Source of the DNA: Azolla caroliniana
Lineage: Eukaryota > Plantae > Polypodiophyta
Length of the DNA: 64,000 nucleotides
NCBI GenBank assembly: GCA_043228905.1
Contig: JBHGNT010000002.1
Span: 14,074,001 to 14,138,000 of the forward strand
Reading direction: 5' to 3'
The notes under the pieces are model-generated. The model searched no databases. It was not told the origin of the DNA and saw only the letters and a list, made by a program, of their open reading frames with translations. How positions within the stretch are numbered: position 1 is the first letter of the stretch; every line of letters starts with the position of its first letter. Positions 12,201-20,315 of the stretch are shown here, piece by piece. Made by a program: the position numbers and the translations under genes.

Positions 12201-12889
12201 GTGAAAATCACCATCGGCTCCACTATCTTTGGATCAATGCATCCGATCTCCCTCGATGTGAACGCGAATGCTTTGCCATGTTGCTCCAACATCTCTCGAA
12301 ACCGTTTTTCTTCTTCTTGTAAGAGGAACCCATCTCCACCGATCCGAAGTTTCTTCCGGGTCTCATCTGTGAAGGCATGTCCGATATCCACGGACTTCCG
12401 AAGTGTCGGATCTCCCGAGACTTCTTTCTTCTTTTGTTCGCTATCGGCGGGTAGTGGTCCCGCGGCCGGTTTCACCTTCTTCTCCACGGTCTTGTATTTC
12501 GTACTTACCATTGCTTCTTCTTTGCGGAGCGCATCCGGCCCCATTTTCGCAACGATCTCGTACATCTCGACCGATTCCACCGGGACTACCCGATTCCCTT
12601 GGCTTTTATCTTCCGCAAGCTCTTCAAGCCGTTGTAGTGTATTCCCATAGAACACTTCCTCGATCACTCCCACGATTTCTTCGTCTTCTTTTATTATTGA
12701 TGCCGACCGTAACTTATCCTCCACTTGTCGGTATTGTTTCTTCATTCCTCCGGTTACGGCCGTGTACGTAGATGCCCCATCCGGGCCGATTCGTACTTGT
12801 TTTGCTCCGAGAGTTTTCTTCCTGTGTGGGGTATCAGGGTTTCTCGGACTATCACTTCCCCACTCCGCAACAGTCCGCTTTAAAAATCC
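9281..12889 (-). CDS. pol: Gypsy Pol (RT, RNase H, integrase); frame is open from the slippery site at 12889, first ATG at 12745
   Basis: 1154-aa ORF with DLYSGYDQ, LPQGATNS, FLDDI, VDTSPTGIG, H-H-C-C zinc finger, ADRG..PEANGKIER and GPY motif; no chromodomain seen. Confidence 0.95.
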   Translation of the reverse strand, partial: GFLKRTVAEWGSDSPRNPDTPHRKKTLGAKQVRIGPDGASTYTAVTGGMKKQYRQVEDKLRSASIIKEDEEIVGVIEEVFYGNTLQRLEELAEDKSQGNRVVPVESVEMYEIVAKMGPDALRKEEAMVSTKYKTVEKKVKPAAGPLPADSEQKKKEVSGDPTLRKSVDIGHAFTDETRKKLRIGGDGFLLQEEEKRFREMLEQHGKAFAFTSREIGCIDPKIVEPMVIFTIDHVPWNLKPIPVPRAHIPKVIDLLKEKVAMGILEASSAPYSNRWFTVPKKNGSLRFIQDLQPVNKVTIRNSGVGPIVDEFAEAFAGRAIYSIGDLYSGYDQFQLAVESRDITTMRTPIGLVRMCTLPQGATNSVAHMMNAMNKVLRDCIPEITMPFLDDIPMKGCAVEEKDETMDDRGCRKFVVDHIHDCEKVLRKLEDVHLTLSGEKSAFGQEEILVVGHLCGPYGRRPSPTKIDVIQAMKEVCESTSEVRRFLGACAFYHIWIPHYAHIADPLYHLLRKGKKFEWKPEHTKAMRKLKKTLWRAESLKKPSYERPIIVTVDTSPTGIGWVINQADLDGSRYPIRFGAKVLNERQRGYAQVKRELWGVVSAIKSDRDYLIGAEVVIETDCLPILGMMRCCTIPDVAMLRWIAYVKSLNPEVRHISGKDNAVADMLSRARFEDDITESDNEEVSEHYFTSEHICRVNVIREFREEEYEGETLMIGKMLQEVEDSTNDKERRAEIRRKKRQVQKFFLENGLIWRTPKRPDGIPLRVVGTKEQRNRIMSEFHESDWAGHRGTWATFVKIKQRYWWKNMYKDVAEFTESCEKCQVYSGVRHRDELHPTFSPTINFKWMVDIVAMPTGIGQKKYLVLAREDLTNQVEGRALRRKTCAAVCQFLLEEVFCRYGCVGQVIADRGELDSDKARGFFAKHGVRLTLTTAYNPEANGKIERGHSPIVKALAKACDGRVKDWPQMLPYALWADRTTHSSVTGYMPAELMTGQTPVMPTETAIATWTILPWKEEMSREELLAVRIRQLEGRPKDVAEASRRQQEARFRNKSRFDTKHRLRPRRIEGDWVIVYDSSLDHQHTTMRKFAKRWFGPYEVRKVFDNGTYRLSELDGTILRVPIAGKRVKIFKKRTDDKPYVIQVEADNEEQSDEDHNDAGSEESGLQLIVDIRGESEEASDEDGYEESRTSAHTGGCAGLEGASVVV
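12826..12889 (-). promoter_or_regulatory. Candidate -1 programmed ribosomal frameshift signal (G GAU UUU + pseudoknot)
   Basis: Heptamer immediately before the ORF1 stop, -1 frame open into pol, 11-bp stem 5 nt downstream, loop GUGGGG complementary to downstream CCCCAC. Confidence 0.8.
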
Positions 12890-14919
12890 ATTCTCACTTG
12901 GGACAAGAGTTCCCTCTTGTTCCTTTCGTGATTTGCCGGCACCGTTAGGAATTGGACGGATTTCCCTCCGTTTTGGCTCCGAATTCGCGCAAAAGCCGCA
13001 CCACTATCGAGCACCTTCGTCTCCATCCGTGAAGCCGTGATAAAGGGTTGGCCGAGGATGACAGAATGTGAAACCTCATCCTGCACAAAGAAATTTTGGT
13101 CAATTTCGACATCCCCGATCTTTACCGTCACATCCGGACAAGCCGCAAATAGGTCTTCTGTCGTTTTCGTGGTTGCCCGAATCTTCCATCCATGGTTGGT
13201 GTTTATAGGCCACTTCCCCTTTCGGTAGAACTCCTTGGACATCAAGTTGATCTCCGATCCGTGATCAATCAATGCTAGCACGGGTTCTTTGATGTTGCCG
13301 ATTCGGACCGGAGTCTCCGTAGTCGCACGTGCCCAGTGTGGCCTTGTATAGTGGGAGTTCGGAATTTCGCCTTCCACTTCGGTGTCGTTCATTGAAACGG
13401 TATTTGCATTCACCCTTGGAGCATTTTCCTCCGTACTTTGTCTCTTCCTTTTCACGAGATCCACGAGAAGATCGTGAAACTCCTTCTTCGCTATTCCGAG
13501 TAGTTCCCGCAGCGAAAAATCTACCCGGCTATCCAAGATTCTTTCCTCGAACACTCTTTTCAAGTCGGTTTGTTGTTCTATGTCCGAGGCGAGCTTGAAT
13601 GCCGGAGTCGCCTTTTCTTTTCCCTTACCTCCGGAGTTCCAGCTTTCCGGTATCTTCGATGGTCCGGCCGCATCCTCCGTGCGCCGTCGTTTCTCGTCCA
13701 CATACACCTCATGTAATTGACACAGGGCGTATATGCTATTCTTGTCGACAGGGCACTCCCATCCCGTAGCTTCCCGGACGCCTTCCGCGGTGTTTCGGAT
13801 ATCGTTGGAGTCGGTTTTCTCGGTGTTTCCTAGCACCTCCGGCCAGAAAGACGCCTTCGCTCCCGATGACTCCCCGACACATATTCCCGCGGTTGTCGCA
13901 TAGTTGCTTCTTGCCGCTAACTCCTCCTCGAGCACCTTCTTCATGCCGCCTTTCCGGAAGTTCGGTCGGAGTGGCTTCCGAGAGTCCATCGAATGAATCC
14001 GGTTTCCCTCGTAGTAGATGAGATCCCGTCGTAGCGCCTCCTTATGGTCGTCGCAATCCCTCCGATCGTGTTCGGCGCTATCGCACCATATGCACCGTCG
14101 ATCCGTATATTTGGAGCTTGTGGGGCGGTCATCCGACTTCTTCACCATCGCGATCTTTAGATTCTCCATCTCCTTCAGCAGCTGCTCCACCGTAGACGCG
14201 TCGACTCCCTTCTCGGCCGTAATCTCCCGAGCCCTCGGTTGATGGTCTTCCAGTCCCGTTCTCGGTTTTGGAATCGGTTCTGAAACCCTCTTTTCTTCGT
14301 TGGCAAGCCATTGCCCCCTCTTCGTGTACCGCGCGACGATATCCCGCACGCTTTCCCATGTTTCGGTGAGGCCGCTTTCGGTGGTCGTGTCCTCAAGAAG
14401 CACTCCGAGATCTTTCCGGTCCCGGACGTCCACAGCTCGCAAAAACATGATGACTTTGTCCGGTGCAAGAATAGTTTGATCTCTCGCGGACAACCTCCCG
14501 AACCGACTTTCGAATGTCGAAAACACTTCGAGGACTTTCAGCCCCTTACCTGACGTTTCCACCCAATCCTCGAATCCCCTCCGCGTTGCCTTGGAGGAGT
14601 CCTCGATGGCAAACGTGGTCTTTAACGCCTCTTCGAATGCTTCCCACGTCGGATTTTGTTGTTGCAACCCGTGGATACTCCCTTGAAGCCCGTCGGTCGC
14701 CACCCGGTTAAAGGATGTCACTTGCAGTCCTTCCGAAGCCCGGCACCGGAGCATCTCCGCCTTGTAGTCCTGCAAATATCGCGACACATCCTTACCATTA
14801 AATTGCCCGTTGCGTTGCACGAGCCGCTCTACTGATGCCAAAATCTCCGACATCGTGCGTTGTTCTTGAAGCATCCGTTCGAACATCGCCATCATATTGT
14901 TAGCTTGTTGAGCCTCCAT
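12880..14919 (-). CDS. gag: Gypsy Gag-protease
   Basis: Capsid-like N-terminus, C-x2-C-x4-H-x4-C (CIWCDSAEHDRRDC), aspartic protease ALIDHGSEIN..ILGQPF; likely start MEAQQ after the PBS. Confidence 0.93.
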   Translation of the reverse strand: MEAQQANNMMAMFERMLQEQRTMSEILASVERLVQRNGQFNGKDVSRYLQDYKAEMLRCRASEGLQVTSFNRVATDGLQGSIHGLQQQNPTWEAFEEALKTTFAIEDSSKATRRGFEDWVETSGKGLKVLEVFSTFESRFGRLSARDQTILAPDKVIMFLRAVDVRDRKDLGVLLEDTTTESGLTETWESVRDIVARYTKRGQWLANEEKRVSEPIPKPRTGLEDHQPRAREITAEKGVDASTVEQLLKEMENLKIAMVKKSDDRPTSSKYTDRRCIWCDSAEHDRRDCDDHKEALRRDLIYYEGNRIHSMDSRKPLRPNFRKGGMKKVLEEELAARSNYATTAGICVGESSGAKASFWPEVLGNTEKTDSNDIRNTAEGVREATGWECPVDKNSIYALCQLHEVYVDEKRRRTEDAAGPSKIPESWNSGGKGKEKATPAFKLASDIEQQTDLKRVFEERILDSRVDFSLRELLGIAKKEFHDLLVDLVKRKRQSTEENAPRVNANTVSMNDTEVEGEIPNSHYTRPHWARATTETPVRIGNIKEPVLALIDHGSEINLMSKEFYRKGKWPINTNHGWKIRATTKTTEDLFAACPDVTVKIGDVEIDQNFFVQDEVSHSVILGQPFITASRMETKVLDSGAAFARIRSQNGGKSVQFLTVPANHERNKRELLSQVRMDF

Positions 14920-14936
14920 CTCCTTGCCACCCGTGT

Positions 14937-14953
14937 TCACGTCGGGTTCACCA
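14937..14953 (-). promoter_or_regulatory. Primer binding site, probably tRNA-Trp
   Basis: TGGTGAACCCGACGTGA next to the 5' LTR; same PBS in elements A-D. Confidence 0.8.
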
Positions 14954-14957
14954 ACTG

Positions 14958-16146
14958 TGTCGTGCCTTTCGGCTTCGGATCGTTGCGTGAGTCGGGTGGG
15001 AACCACAGAGGTCTTGGACTAGGAGAGAGAAGTTCGTGAGATAGAGATTAATTATGAGTAAATAGCAAAGAGAAAGATAAGAAACTCGTGAATCACACGA
15101 GTATACTATATTAATTGGTACTTAGGGTGTTAAGAGAGAAGTAGATGTATAAATCGTGAATCCCACGAATAATTTTTGTATTGATTAATCCCCTTAATCC
15201 AAATAATCAACAACCCTTTACATATTTCTCTCCTCCTTATATAAGGAAGGAAGAGCTAAGCATGGCTTCATGCTTTTTTTTTTACAAAAAGTGTTCATGT
15301 CCACTAAATGTGCATGTGATGCTTTTTTATTTCCTAAGTATAATTTTTAGTGTCTCGTGTTTTTTTTTTTTTCTTTTTCATATATTAAAAAAAATACACG
15401 ATTTATCAGTAAAAAGAAGAGATAGATCTTCCTCTTACTGATTCGACCTTTGGATACTCCTGCATTGCTAGAGACCTAGACTGAATGAAGAGTATCTAAG
15501 GTTTTTTATATCATATTGGACTTTCATGAAAAGATTGTTTCGTTGTTCTATCCAATGACGTCTCACAAAATTGGAACGGATCGAATAGATATTGATAAGT
15601 TTCAAGCAACATATTATAGATAAGGAAATCCTTGAATGGAGAGCGGTTCCGTTTCCATCTACTTCTATGAACCAGAAGCCTGAAACGAGTGAATCGCTCC
15701 TGCAAGTCTTCTATTACAATGTTTTGATACAAGTGAATGGGAACAAATGTCTGTGGATATTGCGGATGTATATGCATAAACAGTATGCATAAATAAAGGT
15801 CTTATACGTATTAAATCTATATTTATAACACTTAAGATAAGTTAATGTAATGGTAAGGTTGGGGTTTGTCAACGTGGAGGTGCAGAGTTCGAATCACGCC
15901 CTGCGCAGTAGTGAGTATTTCCTTTCTTTTACATTTATGCCTCTTTATCCGGCTCTTCCTTGCCGGTATGCCGTTTTCTTCCTTGCCGGTATGCCGTTTT
16001 CCTCCTTGCCGGTTTCCTCCTTGCCGGTATGCCGTTTTCCTCCTTGCCGGTATGCCGTTTTCTTCCGGTTCTCACCGAGCACTCCATTCTCTATCCGGAG
16101 GGACAAAAATATAATTTCCACATAGTGTGCAACCTACACTACGACA
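14958..16146 (-). repeat. 5' LTR of autonomous Gypsy, with a ~380-bp foreign insert
   Basis: Matches 8439-9293 apart from the insert at about 15406-15783 and a ~29-bp deletion near 15342. Confidence 0.93.
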
Positions 16147-16169
16147 CCGCTGCCTAGTGTTCTCGTCCT

Positions 16170-18050
16170 AGATTACTAATTTATCAGTTACTGTTCCCAC
16201 AACAAAAGCTATGTCTGGTTTCGTGTAGACCATAGCATACATTAGACTACGGACGACTGAGGTATATGGTACTTTCCTCATATCAACCTTTTCTTTCTCC
16301 CCTCTTGGGCATTGCTTTCCATTTAACTTGGAGTTAGTCGGTAAGACACAACCGGCCGACTTTGCTTCTGACATGTTGAATCTTTCTAGGATCTTAGTCA
16401 CGTATTTCTCTTGTGACAACCACAACACTTTCTTAGTTCTATCTCGAACTATGTGCATTCCTAAGATATGCTTTGCTGGTCCAAGATCTTTCATGGAAAA
16501 TGACTTGCGTAATGCTTTCTTCAGGCTACCGATCTTCATTGTATCTTGACCAAATATCAACATGTTATCTACATATGATAAGAGAATCAAGAAGTCACCT
16601 TCATCGTACCTTTTGACGAACACACAATGATCCGCTTGTGTTTTTTGGAACCCATGTTCAACCATGAAGGATTCAAACTTCTTGTACCACTGGCGTGGAG
16701 CTTGTTTCAGACCATACAAGCTTTTCTTCAGTCGACACCCCATGTCCTCTTTCCCGTTTTTCTCAAAGCCTTCGGCCTACTGCATGTAAATCTCTTCATC
16801 CAGCTCCCCATGCAAGAATGTTGTCTTGACATCCAACTGTTTGATCTCTAGATCCATGTTGGCAGCTATGCTCAGAACAGTTCGGATGGATGTCATCTTC
16901 ACGACTGGTGTGAAAATCTCATCGAAGTTGACATCCTTTTTCTGTTGGAACCTCTTCACCACTATGCGGCTTTATGCTTGGGTGCACTATTGACTTCTCC
17001 AGTCTACACCTTTTAGACCCATTTATTCCTGAGTGCACTCTTACCTTTCGGCAGCTCTACTAGGTTGTAGGTATAATTCTCGTGCAAAGAATCCATCTCA
17101 GCTTGCATCGCGCTCAACCATTTCTCTTTGTGTTGGTCGGCATTGGCTTCATTATAGCACTCTCGCTCACCTTCATCAGTCAAGAGGATGTATTGAATGG
17201 CATATGTTGTTGGTGCTCTCCTTTGCCGGAGTGTGTATCTCCTTCCACTCGTTGTCTGCTTTAGTTCAAATGTCTTTGTTGATTCTACTCTTGGCTCAGG
17301 TTCATGTATGTCGATTGGCTTCTCAAGGTTGGACGATTCCAACTCATATTCCTCGATCGATCTTAATAGCTCTACCGACTTAGACTCATAGTCGGTCGGT
17401 CTCTCCGAGTCGACTGACTCGGATTCGGCTGTACCGAATGGCTTTCTCCGAGCAACCGACTGTGTCGGTTCACTTGGCCTCAAGTCAGTGGTAGTGGGAG
17501 TTGATTCCGACCTTTGTTGTTTCCAGTCCTCAATCGACTTGTCTTCCAAGAAGACTACGTCTTGACCCTTCACTACTTTCTTATCGACTAAGTCCCATAG
17601 CTTGTAGCCGAACTCTTCTTCTCAATATCCCATGAATATGCATGGCTTTGACTTACTATCAAGCTTCGACCTCTGATTCTTAGGCACATGCATATTCACC
17701 AGGCATCCAAACACCCTCAAGTGTTGGTAGGAGACATCCTTTCAGACATCCTTTCTTGTCCACACCCTTTGTGGGACATCACCTTTCAACGGTACTGAGG
17801 GGGACCTGTTGATAAGATAAACAACCGTGTACATCACATTAGTCCGATATATTTAGCATGTGACATCATGCTCCTTACTCTCTCCATGATTGTTCGATTC
17901 ATCCTCTCTACAAACCTGTTCCACTCACAAGTCTTCGCTACTATGTATTCGATTAGAATACCTTGGGTCTTGTAGTATTCCTAGAACTTCCCTTTATATT
18001 CGCCACTATTGTCGGTTCGGACAACCTTCAACTTCTGAGCTGACTCCCGT
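16170..18050 (-). pseudogene. pol: Copia J, integrase core to RT (left part of the outermost host)
   Basis: [30 protein letters not shown]; rejoins 50988 across TSD CCGT. Confidence 0.9.
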
Positions 18051-19103
18051 TGTCGTGAAGATTTTCGGCAATGGTGTGAAAATTGCATGGAATGTACAAA
18101 ATCAAGTGTGGTTCTTCACACACAATATAAAACAATAATAGTGAAGATACAATTTTATATTAGTTTAATATCTTGGTACAAAACGATGGATGTCTTCAAG
18201 AACTTCTGAATGTACTTTACTACATTTGAAACAGACAACTAAATGTCAAGTTATGTGATTGTGAAGTTTGAGAAGAAGAAGAGGAAAACAAAACTGTGAG
18301 ATATCCCACATAGATAGGACAACATCAGGATTCAAGAGTATATAGTTAGAGCCATTTTCAATATATTTTATCTATGTGTTAGGAGCAATAAAAGGTTGGG
18401 TTATATAACTTGGACGAATGAATGCGGCCAAGTTGTTCAACTTAATTTTGGACGGCGACGGAATCGGAACCGGACGAACGACGATGGCGATGGCTGGGTA
18501 CATCCGGACGGAATGCGGATCAAATCAAAATCAGACGGAATGCGAATTGAACTGGTTAGGATGGACCGACCATATTGGATTGTTCGGGTCGGTCGAATAG
18601 GTTGATCGCGACGCACGGTGTCTTGAAGATTTTTTGGTGTGAAACGAACAAAATTGTCTAAAGAGGTCAACTAAAGATGTAATATGCAGTTAAACATTTG
18701 TAAAAACAAGACCAAAGCCTTGTAAAGTTTTGTGTTTACAAGGGTGTAAGTAAGAATTTGAACCTTGCAACTCCTACATAAACGCCACATGACTTACCAC
18801 TAAGCTAAATCATGACTTTAGAGTTATATTTTTATCATTGTACTTTTCATATGTAAAATCTCATACACGAGAGCTTGGATGAGTGACATGGCAAACATGC
18901 ATGACATGCATTTCATGTGTTACGTGCATGTCTTGCACCCTCCCATGCATTATATGCATGGGGGGATCTATAAAAGAATGGAGGTCAAGCAAGATGGGAC
19001 GAATGAAGAAATTGGGGAAGAAATTAATAAATAAATAAATAAACAAGTTATCCTAATGGTGATGTATCTTGTCTCTCAAATTCTAAAGTCAAGGGTTGAA
19101 TCT

Positions 19104-19142
<39 letters not shown>

Positions 19143-19259
19143 TCAATCTCTCTCAATCTCTCTTAAATCTTTTCTCGCTAAAGCTAGTCCAAACTTCGAA
19201 TCCTTCCGGTTCGGGACTCCGGCGGTTCTGCCTCACGATCCGCACATAGTGAACCCGAT

Positions 19260-20315
19260 GTGAAAGAGGTGGTAGGACGGATCAAGTCAAGGATCAACCG
19301 ACACTTGGAGATGGCGTCATCAAGGAATCAAGTGGGCGAGTTCGAAAGGATGATGTTAATCGTCGTACAAATGATGAGATCTCGGGACAACGATGCGAGC
19401 ATGGAGAAGGTTGTCGACTGTGTCGTGGAGCTCGAGGGTCAATTTGATGGAAGGAACATGACAAAGTTCCTTGATGCATACAAAAGGGAGATGAATCAAA
19501 GGGATGTGTCAAAAACACGTCAAATCTCGAGCTTTAAGAGAGTTGTAGCCAACAATGTCCAAAGGCGGGTCATCGAGCTCCAAGAAGGGAATACAATCTG
19601 GTTTGAGTTCGAGAGAGCAATATTAGCGGAGTTCGCGGCGGAAGATTTGTCAAGGATGACTCGACATGTCTTAATGAAGTGGACAGAAAAGAAAAATAAG
19701 AAGATGAGCGCCTCGAGGGTATACGATGAGTTCGACCAGATGTTAAGTCGTCTCCCTGCCACAGACCAAGTGTTGTTTAAGGAGGACAAGACTTTGTACT
19801 TCTTGAAAGCTATGGATATGAAGGATGGACGAGAATTGGGGACTCTCCTCGAAGATGATACCCAAACGAACAGACTTGTGGCAGACTAGATTGTGGTGAA
19901 GCGAGCATGCAACATGCTCGACAAGCATCGTCAATGGCTTGATGATATTGACTTGGTAAGGTCAAGCATAGAAAAATCAAGACCATCTAAAGAAGTAGAG
20001 ATGCCTAAACAACGCATCCTACACAAAAAGAAGATTGATGATGACTCGAGGACGGCGAAGGCCACTTCAAAGGAGGAAAAATGTTTTGGGACACGCGTCG
20101 TGTTCAAACCAACGGATAATGAAGGAGAAAGCCTAATCGAAGCTTGTATTATGGGAGATAAAGAGTGTGAGATTGACATGATGGAGGATCTAGCCACTGA
20201 AATCAACATCGAGGAGGTGGCTATGAACAAGACAATAAGCGAGGACAACGATCACGACCAGATTTTCTCCACACATGTTCTAGAGACTTGGGCAGTTGCT
20301 TCCAAGAACCAACGT
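19260..20315 (+). pseudogene. gag: Element A Gag-like ORF, first part (continues 23830-24873 and 50221-50565)
   Basis: Homologous to D ORF (FDGRN..KFLDAY, ELGTLLEDD); in-frame stop at 19889. Confidence 0.85.

Larger units (their letters stand above)
8439..16146 (-). mobile_element. Autonomous Ty3/Gypsy element with intact ORFs
   Basis: LTRs 8439-9293 and 14958-16146 (TGTCGT..ACGACA), 4-bp TSD CCGC (8435-8438, 16147-16150), PBS tRNA-Trp, PPT GGAGGGGGCGAG, order PR-RT-RH-IN. Confidence 0.97.
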
